A stretch of 64,000 nt of DNA. Origin: Escherichia phage ECD7. The stretch lies in the sequence record NC_041936.1; one strand, given 5' to 3'. Under the pieces are notes generated by a model. It did not search any database, was not told the DNA's origin, and saw nothing but the letters and a program-made list of their open reading frames with translations. How positions within the stretch are numbered: the first letter of the stretch is position 1; every line of letters starts with the position of its first letter. The translations under genes and the position numbers were made by a program. Of this stretch, positions 28,011 to 36,419 are shown in pieces.

Positions 28011-28190
28011 TTAGAAAGGGATGGTCATTTCTTGAGCTTGTACATTCTCGTTAGGATTAAACTTCATCCAACCGATATTGTCTACCAGCATATACACATT
28101 TTTATCATATCCTACGTGAGTAGTCAACACTAAATGTGCTTTACCTTCAACGATGATTTCCATGTACTTCTGAACTTCGATAGCTTTCAT
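28011..28190 (-). CDS. small hypothetical protein (59 aa)
   Basis: ATG with GGAGA RBS; below the track cutoff. Confidence 0.35.
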   Translation of the reverse strand: MKAIEVQKYMEIIVEGKAHLVLTTHVGYDKNVYMLVDNIGWMKFNPNENVQAQEMTIPF

Positions 28191-28222
28191 TTTGATTCTC
28201 CGTTTGTTGTCTTGATGGGAGT

Positions 28223-28251
28223 ATCTTACTACTCCCTTTAATCATTGTCAA
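28223..28251 (-). promoter_or_regulatory. promoter-like element with conserved stem-loop (weak -10 TAAGAT)
   Basis: minus TTGACA - 17 nt - TAAGAT overlapping the GGGAGTAGTAAGATACTCCC palindrome; 30 bp identical to 63911-63940. Confidence 0.4.
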
Positions 28252-28254
28252 CGA

Positions 28255-28422
28255 TTATTTGTTAATTTCCGGTGCGTTGCTTGGATAGTAACCTTCTTTA
28301 ACACCCAGATATTTTGCAACCATTCCGGTGATCTTCTGTGCCACTACGATATCGAATTTCAGGTAGTCTTCACCGTGGGTTGCTACAATGTATGCTTCGC
28401 ATTCTGCTTTAGTCTGGAACAT
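28255..28422 (-). CDS. small protein (55 aa), paralog of 24997-25164
   Basis: MFQTKAECEAYIVATHGEDYLKFDIVVAQKI... Confidence 0.5.
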   Translation of the reverse strand: MFQTKAECEAYIVATHGEDYLKFDIVVAQKITGMVAKYLGVKEGYYPSNAPEINK

Positions 28423-28455
28423 TTTGATTCTCCTTTATCTCGTTGGTATGTGTGC

Positions 28456-28484
28456 ATTATAGGGGATCACCGATCCCCTGTCAA
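28456..28484 (-). promoter_or_regulatory. sigma70-like early promoter with palindromic spacer
   Basis: minus TTGACA - GGGGATCGGTGATCCCC - TATAAT. Confidence 0.6.
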
Positions 28485-28489
28485 CAACT

Positions 28490-28783
28490 TTATAATGCTT
28501 TATATGCGTATTTCATAAATTTGTCTGCCACTTCATTGGCATGTTCAGATTCTACGCCTGATTCGAGAACAATAGCTAGGTCGGTTTCGTCATTCCCGCC
28601 GTACCAATGATTTGATGTTCGATTTTTTTCAATTGGAAATTGGTCACTTTTATCTGTGCGACAAAATACATCTAAATGCTCGTCGATGTAAAAGATCCAA
28701 TCTTCATAAAGAATAACGGTATTAGCCAGATTTTTATTGCCTTCAACGAAAGGTTCGGCTACAAACAAATTAGTATGTTCCAT
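28490..28783 (-). CDS. HxHW-family small protein, member 5
   Basis: WIFYIDEHLDV...SNHWY...LAIVLE; start at internal Met with GAGGA RBS. Confidence 0.45.
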   Translation of the reverse strand: MEHTNLFVAEPFVEGNKNLANTVILYEDWIFYIDEHLDVFCRTDKSDQFPIEKNRTSNHWYGGNDETDLAIVLESGVESEHANEVADKFMKYAYKAL

Positions 28784-28799
28784 AGTAATTTCCTCAAAA

Positions 28800-28991
28800 T
28801 TATACAGCTTCGTAAACTTCCCAATGTCCAACACCAGCACGCTTAACGAAAAGGTTTTCTTTGATGTTATTCATAAACGTCTGGATGGATTTAATGCGGT
28901 TTGAAGGTTTCCATTCTTCGTTGGCATTGCGTCGATACATCATAACATTACCAGTTCGCTTATATTCAGCAACCATTTTAAGACCACACAT
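28800..28991 (-). CDS. small hypothetical protein (63 aa)
   Basis: ORF in the early cluster. Confidence 0.4.
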   Translation of the reverse strand: MCGLKMVAEYKRTGNVMMYRRNANEEWKPSNRIKSIQTFMNNIKENLFVKRAGVGHWEVYEAV

Positions 28992-29048
28992 AATATTATC
29001 CTCAATTTGCGGGAGAGTATTACCCCTCCCAATGATTGTTATGTTATA

Positions 29049-29369
29049 TCACACAAAATGGCGTGTCAATGCTTCTTTTGCGGTTCCGCTAAGACTTTCG
29101 ATCTCGCCTGGCATAACATCAACCGCCAGAACTTCTACAACATCCTCGGACCCTAACCAGTGAGTATGGCCTTTGTAGAACTTGATAACCAGACTACCTT
29201 CCTCGTCCCATTTAACGCTATCGCTAGCCCACCACACATCACCGTCGATAAAGTTGATGTAAAGCACACTACGCAACATTGAATTAATTACTTTCAATAC
29301 TGCGCCTTTCATCTCTTCCACGGTATGGTCTTCCATTTTGAAGACCATACCTACCTGAACTTTTGCCAT
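29049..29369 (-). CDS. HxHW-family small protein, member 6 (106 aa)
   Basis: VLYINFIDGDV...GHTHWL...VLAVDV. Confidence 0.55.
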   Translation of the reverse strand: MAKVQVGMVFKMEDHTVEEMKGAVLKVINSMLRSVLYINFIDGDVWWASDSVKWDEEGSLVIKFYKGHTHWLGSEDVVEVLAVDVMPGEIESLSGTAKEALTRHFV

Positions 29370-29386
29370 TTAGTCACCTCTCTTTA

Positions 29387-29566
29387 TTACATAACAATCA
29401 CGCCAGCCGTTGAAAGTTGATGTTTCAACTGAGCATTTTCTGCTACCGTCAAATCAATGATTTCTTGTGACGCTGCAATCATATATCCATTGGTGATATT
29501 GTTTTGCATCAGTTCAATGGTTTCTTCGTTGTAGCGGATTTTAGCGATGATTTCGTTGAAGTTCAT
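29387..29566 (-). CDS. small hypothetical protein (59 aa)
   Basis: ATG with GGAGAATC RBS-like context; below the track cutoff. Confidence 0.35.
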   Translation of the reverse strand: MNFNEIIAKIRYNEETIELMQNNITNGYMIAASQEIIDLTVAENAQLKHQLSTAGVIVM

Positions 29567-29600
29567 GATTGATTCTCCTAGTTCGTTTCGGTATGTGTGT

Positions 29601-29630
29601 AGTATAGGGGATCTCCCGATCCCCTGTCAA
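29601..29630 (-). promoter_or_regulatory. sigma70-like early promoter with palindromic spacer
   Basis: minus TTGACA - GGGGATCGGGAGATCCCC - TATACT. Confidence 0.55.
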
Positions 29631-29639
29631 CAACTTTTT

Positions 29640-29951
29640 TTAAAGTTTTTCCATGATAACGGTCATAATTACATCTTCTGCGCGAGCGGTCAGATTATCA
29701 GCGTCAGCATGTGGGCGGTTGGTTGTTACAGAGATAACACCGTTGCGCACTGGTTTGATATTGATATCAAGATGATCCGCGAAACGTTCGCCAGTTACAG
29801 AATGAATTTTGGTGTTAAATTCTTTTGCCAGTGCCTTGCGAACTTCACGAATCAGGGTAGCGTTTTTCAGTTGGTTCTCCGCGCTCATGGTCTTCTGGGT
29901 GTTCATGGTTCCGTCGAAGTCAATCATTGGCAGCGTTACGATGTATTTCAT
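29640..29951 (-). CDS. small hypothetical protein (103 aa), paralog of 26347-26634
   Basis: shared AKEFNTK segment. Confidence 0.5.
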   Translation of the reverse strand: MKYIVTLPMIDFDGTMNTQKTMSAENQLKNATLIREVRKALAKEFNTKIHSVTGERFADHLDINIKPVRNGVISVTTNRPHADADNLTARAEDVIMTVIMEKL

Positions 29952-29996
29952 TTTTGATTCTCCGTTTAAGAAAGTGTGTTTCGTTTTGATGTGTGT

Positions 29997-30025
29997 AGTA
30001 TAGGGGATACGTGATCCCCTGTCAA
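29997..30025 (-). promoter_or_regulatory. sigma70-like early promoter with palindromic spacer
   Basis: minus TTGACA - GGGGATCACGTATCCCC - TATACT. Confidence 0.55.
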
Positions 30026-30038
30026 CAACTTTTTTGAA

Positions 30039-30515
30039 TTATTTTTCTTGATGCTCGCGCTCGTACTTTTCGAAATAAAATTCTACTGGCTGGTCATGAA
30101 TTGACAGCAAGCCAAAGCGTTTAGCCGCTCGCAATCCCATATTGCGCTGAATGTACTTCTGGAAGTTCTCGCGTATACACTTACGCCAGTATTCTAAGCC
30201 CATACAGCTTTTATAAAGATTGCATTGTACACACGCCGGATTCATGTTATCAAGTATATCATGTTCCGGTTTATGCATTCCTACAACCTTATACTTCCAC
30301 GACCCATCATCATTACGGGCAATTCGTCCATTTTCATCATAGACTACCTTTGAGCGTCGCAATACTGGTTTGATATGGTCTGCGTGCCAGCGATCCCCTA
30401 GTTCCTCGCCACAATAGGCACAACGCCCACCGTATTTCATTTTCAGGATCTGGCGTTGCTCTTTCTTTGACAATTTTTTAGGTTTAGGGGCTTTCGCCCC
30501 TTCATTATCACACAT
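30039..30515 (-). CDS. HNH endonuclease (158 aa)
   Basis: CAYCGEELGDRWHADHIKP ... CVQCNLYK HNH zinc-finger nuclease motif; overlaps the 3' end of ligase by 8 nt. Confidence 0.65.
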   Translation of the reverse strand: MCDNEGAKAPKPKKLSKKEQRQILKMKYGGRCAYCGEELGDRWHADHIKPVLRRSKVVYDENGRIARNDDGSWKYKVVGMHKPEHDILDNMNPACVQCNLYKSCMGLEYWRKCIRENFQKYIQRNMGLRAAKRFGLLSIHDQPVEFYFEKYEREHQEK

Positions 30516-32010
30516 CGAATACCTCTTTTACTGTATTTGCAGTGGTCTTGTCGTAGCGAATACGTTTGATGATTGGGAGAAATAAAGAGAACTCCGGTTC
30601 ATCTTCTTTACGTGATTTGCTGCGGATATACCCGTTGCATGTCATCTCAATGACTTTTCCAATCAGGTTATGACGGTCAGTCCATAACATTTCTCGGTCG
30701 AGTTCATTTCGACGATCGAACGGAATTACACGTTCAGTACCATCATCACCTTTTTCGGTTGTAGTGTCGGTTAATCCCGATCCGGTGTTAGTCATCATTC
30801 GTCCGCACGCACTACGGACAGTAAAACCGCCTACCTTATTGGGGTCTTTACTATGCGGATATACATCAACAATTTCCGCGTCGAAGTCAATCACTTCTTT
30901 AAATTTAACCTGATCTTTACTACGGCGATCTTCAAATACACCATGTAAATTTTTAAGGATAATACCTTCTAAGCCCATGTTTACATAGCGATGATATACT
31001 TCGCGAGCTTCATCGATATTGTTAACTACAGTGTTTTCGATTATCTGAACACGAGGATCGTTAAGTTCTTCAACAATCTGTTTTAGCTCTTCGAATCGAT
31101 CTTTATATTGCTTCGTTGCTTTCTCGTTTCCGTAATACACATCACGGTCGATAACATCCCAGACAGTGTAAACAATACATTGGGCTTCTTCTTTTGGAAT
31201 AGTTCCTTTCAGTGATTTGTTGAGGATACCATTTCCGGTCTGACGATCTGCAACAACGGATTCTTTCACCGCTTCCGCTACTGGCGTTAATGGCATTTCC
31301 TCTTCTTCAAATATCCATGACAGAGTACCATCATAAACGCTCTCAACGAAGTTCTGCGCTGGTGTTTGCGAAAGGGTAGGCATATATACCAATTCGCCAT
31401 CTAGAACAATTCCACGGCCTCGTAGACTCTCTAAAACCGCAAACAAATCATCAAGCCCTTGATAGGTATTACCTGAACGGGTATAGATTGCTAATGTTTC
31501 CCCGTCAATATCAGCCATACCACGAGCGCCATCGCTTTTAAGTTGTGCATACGCCGGATATTTGATATTGGCAATGGTCTTATCAGAACATGACGATGCA
31601 AGGTGGCACGGCTGCTGGGGGATCAGTTTCTTCCATACCTTGTTTGCAGTGGTAGCGGAACAACCGCATTCCAGGTCACGATTCAGGACCATCATTGCAA
31701 CTTTAGCATCATCTTCTGACAAGCAAGTCAGAGTATCGGTAACTAGCTGTAATGCTGCATTACCAGTTACTTGACGTGTGGCAAGTTTATTTTTAAAGAC
31801 TTGTAATGCACCGGATAAAGACAATACAGACGAATAGCGCGATGGTTTATCGTATTTCTTTACGCCAAACGTAACCTGTTTGCAATATGCCAGATAAAAG
31901 CATTCTTTCAGTGTTTCATTGCTTGCAGATTCTTTCAGGATCTTTTCTTTCAGCGATGTTTTGTCTGTTGCTGCAAGCTGATTAATGATATTAAGAATTG
32001 ACATTTTCAC
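30508..32010 (-). CDS. 30: ATP-dependent DNA ligase gp30
   Basis: 500 aa; GLEGIILKN, KGTIPKEEAQC, FKEVIDFDAEIVDVYPH colinear with recalled T4 DNA ligase. Confidence 0.9.
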   Translation of the reverse strand: MKMSILNIINQLAATDKTSLKEKILKESASNETLKECFYLAYCKQVTFGVKKYDKPSRYSSVLSLSGALQVFKNKLATRQVTGNAALQLVTDTLTCLSEDDAKVAMMVLNRDLECGCSATTANKVWKKLIPQQPCHLASSCSDKTIANIKYPAYAQLKSDGARGMADIDGETLAIYTRSGNTYQGLDDLFAVLESLRGRGIVLDGELVYMPTLSQTPAQNFVESVYDGTLSWIFEEEEMPLTPVAEAVKESVVADRQTGNGILNKSLKGTIPKEEAQCIVYTVWDVIDRDVYYGNEKATKQYKDRFEELKQIVEELNDPRVQIIENTVVNNIDEAREVYHRYVNMGLEGIILKNLHGVFEDRRSKDQVKFKEVIDFDAEIVDVYPHSKDPNKVGGFTVRSACGRMMTNTGSGLTDTTTEKGDDGTERVIPFDRRNELDREMLWTDRHNLIGKVIEMTCNGYIRSKSRKEDEPEFSLFLPIIKRIRYDKTTANTVKEVFDV

Positions 32011-32470
32011 CTCGTTTTGTTAAACGTTCACGAATATCATTGAGGATACTACAAAATTCTGATTCGGTCAATATGGTCTTTAACGGATCAGTTCCACCTA
32101 TACTATGACGTAATTTCTTATTTCCGGTAGCGAGTAATGCTTTACAAAATTCTGGGTTATTCCGTGCCATCGTAACAAATGCCAGGTGCACCAGTCTGTA
32201 ATAATGCTCACTCATTCGATGAATCGGGCGACCCTGAAAATATAGCATGTGATTCTCAATCTTTTCAGTCCTTCCGGTTCTTTTTGCCTTGCCACCGTGC
32301 ATCAAAAAGATTTCTCTTTGCTTTTCTGGATTCTTGAATCTTAATCCCTGTAAAAATCCTTCTGTGCTGTTAATATCGCAACCAAATAGACGGAATGGTC
32401 TTTTATTGAAGTTGCTCAATTCACCCGATGGATAAGGTCCACCCGCATAGATATCAATTTCAGAAGTCAT
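31991..32470 (-). CDS. NADAR (YbiA/DUF1768)-like protein
   Basis: ELSNFNKRPFRLFGCDINSTEGFLQGLRF and ALLATGNKKL resemble NADAR-family signatures. Confidence 0.5.
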   Translation of the reverse strand: MTSEIDIYAGGPYPSGELSNFNKRPFRLFGCDINSTEGFLQGLRFKNPEKQREIFLMHGGKAKRTGRTEKIENHMLYFQGRPIHRMSEHYYRLVHLAFVTMARNNPEFCKALLATGNKKLRHSIGGTDPLKTILTESEFCSILNDIRERLTKRGENVNS

Positions 32471-32624
32471 TGAAACTAATCTCGCTAATCATAGAGAACG
32501 GATCATAATCGTCATGAGGAATATCGATAGTAATCGAATGAGGATTTACCCATACACCAAACTGGTCTTCTTCGGTGAATACTTCGGTATGGATTTCTTG
32601 GATGTTTACATTCATAGTTTTCAT
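32460..32624 (-). CDS. small hypothetical protein (54 aa)
   Basis: ORF below the track cutoff, overlapping the NADAR gene start. Confidence 0.3.
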   Translation of the reverse strand: MKTMNVNIQEIHTEVFTEEDQFGVWVNPHSITIDIPHDDYDPFSMISEISFNDF

Positions 32625-32706
32625 AATAAAAATTCCTTAATAATCAATAACTTACAAAATCATATAGCCAAAATATAGCGGGATTATTACCCGCCGTTTA
32701 AAATCA

Positions 32707-33030
32707 TTAACCGTAAACTACCACAATATTCTGTTTGTGCGTTACAGTCCATTTCAGGTCGATCTCTTCTTCCTTCTTAACGCCGTTAATAACGTCTGGA
32801 TGAGGAACTTTATTAAGTTTCCCATGAGGAAGCAATACAGTCTTGCCCAGCAATTCTTTATCAACGTTATCACCGATATCAATAATCTTACCGACTAAAG
32901 GAATCTCTCCCATAGTTCGTTTTTGCTCGATGATAATACCAAAATCGCTCTTTACTTCGGTCCCTGCGCTTTCCGCTTTAGCTTCAATGATCACATAGTC
33001 ACCAAGTGCTTTAGGAGTTTTAACGGTCAT
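32707..33030 (-). CDS. 31: co-chaperonin GroES analogue gp31
   Basis: 107 aa; GDYVIIEA...IIIEQKRTMGEIP...KVPHPDV pattern parallels recalled T4 gp31. Confidence 0.75.
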   Translation of the reverse strand: MTVKTPKALGDYVIIEAKAESAGTEVKSDFGIIIEQKRTMGEIPLVGKIIDIGDNVDKELLGKTVLLPHGKLNKVPHPDVINGVKKEEEIDLKWTVTHKQNIVVVYG

Positions 33031-33066
33031 AATTTTCTTACCTCTTCAATTCATCTCAATAGTAAA

Positions 33067-33684
33067 TTATTTATATTTCGCGACCTTTGGATTTCGCCGC
33101 AGACCGGAATGTATTTGCGCTATACAACAATAAGAAACATTAAACATATCAGCTATAATTTGCTTCTTAACTTTTCCTTTAAGCCGCATTATTTCTTCGA
33201 CTTGCGCATTTGTCAGTTTTGCCCGTGAGTGGTTTTCACCGACATTGTTATTGAGTCCAGTTCTAAATGAATGTCTCATATTTTCTAGTAAGGTTACTAT
33301 TTCTAGATTCCACACATAATTGCAGGTTTTTACACCATTGATGTGATTAACCTCAAGTCCGGTAACGTCTCCTAGAAATGCATTTGCTACAAGTCGATGT
33401 ATCTTTTCGGCTTTAACTGAGATTTTACCATTGTCTTTTTGTTTTGACAATGTTGAATAATAATATCCATATCGGTCTAAAATTGGTTTTATTATTTTAC
33501 CAGCCCGTTTTTGTTTTACGAGCTTAATATTACCGGGAGAAACTTCTCTATAAAATTCGATACTTCGGTCAATAGATCTCAATCTACCATAATTAGAGAT
33601 TTCATACCACGGATAACCTACAGCTTGTCTCCATTCTTCCGGCGCTGGTAATACGATATTATCATCTTTTGTTTCCATTGTCAA
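33067..33684 (-). CDS. HNH homing endonuclease (NUMOD4 + HNH_3 type)
   Basis: WYEISNYGRLRS and EVNHINGVK...NLE motifs; freestanding between 31 and cd. Confidence 0.65.
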   Translation of the reverse strand: MTMETKDDNIVLPAPEEWRQAVGYPWYEISNYGRLRSIDRSIEFYREVSPGNIKLVKQKRAGKIIKPILDRYGYYYSTLSKQKDNGKISVKAEKIHRLVANAFLGDVTGLEVNHINGVKTCNYVWNLEIVTLLENMRHSFRTGLNNNVGENHSRAKLTNAQVEEIMRLKGKVKKQIIADMFNVSYCCIAQIHSGLRRNPKVAKYK

Positions 33685-34007
33685 CTGCCACCGTAAATTT
33701 CAACGATCTGCGCTGGAGTCAGCCCGTCTACATTAATCAGACTATCAAGCCCAATACTACGGAAACCTTCAACTGCAATTTCATATACTGGCAAAGATGT
33801 TTCTGATTCTTTACGCGGTTTTTCAACATTAGGAACTAACCACTTTTCGTATGTTTCGAAAGGCATCAGTGCCGGATCTCGCGTAGCGATCATATCTCGG
33901 ACAGTACCATCTTTCTTAGTAAACTGCAAAGAGTGAGTACCGACAGAAAACATTTTCTTTAGTGCTTCACGAAGTGCGATATTATCAATTTGTTCAGTCA
34001 TTATCAA
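33681..34007 (-). CDS. hypothetical protein (108 aa)
   Basis: ORF coupled to the cd operon. Confidence 0.45.
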   Translation of the reverse strand: MIMTEQIDNIALREALKKMFSVGTHSLQFTKKDGTVRDMIATRDPALMPFETYEKWLVPNVEKPRKESETSLPVYEIAVEGFRSIGLDSLINVDGLTPAQIVEIYGGS

Positions 34008-34500
34008 TACCCTTCAAATCAGTCAATAATGCTTTTGGAATACGCGTAACCGTAATGTCGGCTTTATCCAAAATATCAGCCCAATCACACCCACCATTTC
34101 GATCATATGTGTCGCAATAGTATAGATGTTTAATTCCACTGTTTGCAATTGCTTTAGCGCAATCTGGACACGGTGAAGCAGTACACCACATACTAGCGCC
34201 TTCAATCGATACACCGCTACGGGCAGCAAACAAAATAGCATTTAATTCAGCATGGATCTCGTTTTTCTGTGACCATGCACTATGTTCTGGTCGTTTTTCT
34301 GGGATCATTTTGCCGTCATCATCCAGCCAACCGCTTTTATGTGCATGACAGCTACAATTTACTTGCCCTGCTGGAGTGCCGTTAAATCCAGTAGAAATGA
34401 TTCGCCCGTCTTTTTCGATCAGTGCGCCTACCTTCCACGAAACGCATTTAGAGTTCTTTGCGATTAGATAGGCGATCTGCATGTAAGTTTGTGACAACAT
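33994..34500 (-). CDS. cd: dCMP deaminase
   Basis: HAELNAI ... PCPDC zinc-binding deaminase motifs; 168 aa. Confidence 0.85.
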   Translation of the reverse strand: MLSQTYMQIAYLIAKNSKCVSWKVGALIEKDGRIISTGFNGTPAGQVNCSCHAHKSGWLDDDGKMIPEKRPEHSAWSQKNEIHAELNAILFAARSGVSIEGASMWCTASPCPDCAKAIANSGIKHLYYCDTYDRNGGCDWADILDKADITVTRIPKALLTDLKGIDND

Positions 34501-34521
34501 AATATAATCCTCACATATTAA

Positions 34522-34725
34522 TTAACCGTATACGCGAAAGTATTCTACCGATCCGTCACTATACTGTTTTACATTGAATGTATTCACACCATGATCATTG
34601 CTCATAATGACATATACACTGCGACGCTCATCACCAAACGGGTTAACTGGTGCGGGTTCAATTTCAACATTAAAACCACGTTTAGCAAGTGCTTCGCCTA
34701 ATTGCTTGAGTTTATCGGTAAACAT
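34522..34725 (-). CDS. small hypothetical protein (67 aa)
   Basis: ORF between pseT and cd. Confidence 0.4.
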   Translation of the reverse strand: MFTDKLKQLGEALAKRGFNVEIEPAPVNPFGDERRSVYVIMSNDHGVNTFNVKQYSDGSVEYFRVYG

Positions 34726-35624
34726 TAAAAGTCTCCGTAGTTAACCTGAAAACATTCTACACCAATTGAGCGGTACATGTCAACCACTTGATCACGGTCA
34801 TCTACTGCCAAAACAACATGATAACGCGGTGCAATTTCAGAGAAGAAAATCTCTTTCTTTACTTCATGATCAGGACGACGATCATTAGTTTCACGTTGAA
34901 AGTGATCACTAGGTTCGATACCTTGTTCACGCAACCATTGCAGAGTATCTTCTTCGCAAACATCCTCACGTCCTGAGCATGTAATGATACGATAACCATT
35001 ATCACGATACAGTTTAAGCATTTCGATCACTTGCGGACGCGGTTTATCTTCTTTGACCTTTGTCCAGTCAAACGGATGACGACCGCCCTTATCCGCTAAT
35101 GTCCCATCAATATCAAAGATCACTGCCTTTGGCAGCATGGTATTCGGTTTGTATACTTCTTGACCCATATATTCCTGCATCAGATAAAATTGGTTACGCA
35201 AATGAGATAGCGGAATTGCTTTCTCTCCGCGATAGAAATTACGTTTCTTTAGTGTCTCAAATGATTCATTGAACACTTGCTCAGTATACACCGCGTTAAA
35301 TTCTTTTGCAAGTTCTTTATAGAATACACGATGTTTTTCTTTCAGGTTAGTATCAGAGATAATGATACTTAATCCGCGTGATAGAGTCTCGCGAGCAATC
35401 ATTCTCTGAATAGACTCTACCAGCTTTTCTTTTTCCTTAGTATACTTGTATTTCAAAAGTGAGTCAACACCAAACAACATAAGACGAAGATCATCACGAT
35501 TCACATTACGATAATTACTAAACCGTTTACATGTTTCCATAGCCCATGTAGTTTTACCGGACCCAGAACAACCAACGGTTAAAATCACTTCACATTTCGG
35601 CATTATTTCTCCTTCGGTTTGCAC
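34725..35624 (-). CDS. pseT: polynucleotide 5'-kinase / 3'-phosphatase
   Basis: Walker A GCSGSGKTT; HAD-type DIDGTL; C-terminus VECFQV..GDF colinear with recalled T4 Pnk. Confidence 0.9.
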   Translation of the reverse strand: MQTEGEIMPKCEVILTVGCSGSGKTTWAMETCKRFSNYRNVNRDDLRLMLFGVDSLLKYKYTKEKEKLVESIQRMIARETLSRGLSIIISDTNLKEKHRVFYKELAKEFNAVYTEQVFNESFETLKKRNFYRGEKAIPLSHLRNQFYLMQEYMGQEVYKPNTMLPKAVIFDIDGTLADKGGRHPFDWTKVKEDKPRPQVIEMLKLYRDNGYRIITCSGREDVCEEDTLQWLREQGIEPSDHFQRETNDRRPDHEVKKEIFFSEIAPRYHVVLAVDDRDQVVDMYRSIGVECFQVNYGDF

Positions 35625-36055
35625 CGTTCCTCATTAAGTTCTTTGCGATAATAACACATGATCAACTTACTTTCAAGTGTATATCTCTTAATATCCGCAA
35701 GCCAGACTCTGAATTTTTGGGAGTCCTCCCACGACATAGAAACTCTAGGTTTACCGTCTATTGTATCCACTTTCAGGTCAATGTCAACTTTTTCTATTGG
35801 TGCTGGTAGTGGAGGATGTAATTTCGGTTCCTGTGAATAATGGTCCATTGTACACGAAGAAAGAGCAAATACAATAGGTACAGCGAAGACATGGATTATG
35901 GCGGTCTGAAAATTCTTATGTGCTTTCTTAAACATCCAGTGTATCACGAAAATTGAAAACACCATCAGGATAATAATGCTTGCACCTATCCCCAGATAAT
36001 CAACCAGATTAAAATTGCTTATCTGCTCTTGCGTAGGCAATATTTCTATGCTCAT
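35603..36055 (-). CDS. membrane protein (150 aa)
   Basis: N-terminal transmembrane helix. Confidence 0.45.
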   Translation of the reverse strand: MSIEILPTQEQISNFNLVDYLGIGASIIILMVFSIFVIHWMFKKAHKNFQTAIIHVFAVPIVFALSSCTMDHYSQEPKLHPPLPAPIEKVDIDLKVDTIDGKPRVSMSWEDSQKFRVWLADIKRYTLESKLIMCYYRKELNEERCKPKEK

Positions 36056-36375
36056 TTAGTAGCCTCCTTTAATTCTTCGGTAAACTCCTTAAATGAATCA
36101 TTAAGCTGTTTCTCTACCAACTTGGGTTTTTGTGCTACTACATAGCCTCGTGTAGCGTCTTTCATTGCTTTGTTTTGTTCTTCTGCAAACTTAGTTCTTA
36201 TTCCGTACATCTCCTTTTGTAGTGAGTCTACAACCTTCATCTTTTCATCTGTCTTTTTCTTATACTCTGTAAATTCCTGATTCAGTCGATCTACCTCCTT
36301 TTTATTTTCCCACCACATATTGCCACCTACCCCCAGCAACACAGATATGATAACAATGTATATCAGCTTTGACAT
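36052..36375 (-). CDS. membrane-anchored coiled-coil protein
   Basis: start set at MSKLIYIV; the track ORF N-terminus overlaps the terminator. Confidence 0.4.
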   Translation of the reverse strand: MSKLIYIVIISVLLGVGGNMWWENKKEVDRLNQEFTEYKKKTDEKMKVVDSLQKEMYGIRTKFAEEQNKAMKDATRGYVVAQKPKLVEKQLNDSFKEFTEELKEATK

Positions 36376-36389
36376 ATTACCCCCAACGA

Positions 36390-36413
36390 CAAAAGGCGGG
36401 GAACTAGCCCCGC
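36390..36413 (-). terminator. rho-independent terminator downstream of rnlA
   Basis: GCGGGG/CCCCGC hairpin with A-run on plus. Confidence 0.55.
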
Positions 36414-36419
36414 TTATTA

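Noticed and set aside
24940-30030. Possible CRISPR array suggested by recurring palindromic repeats
   Set aside because: Repeats are 200-400 bp apart, each sits between a -35 and -10 hexamer and precedes an ORF with an RBS; no short regular spacers. These are promoter cassettes, not CRISPR.
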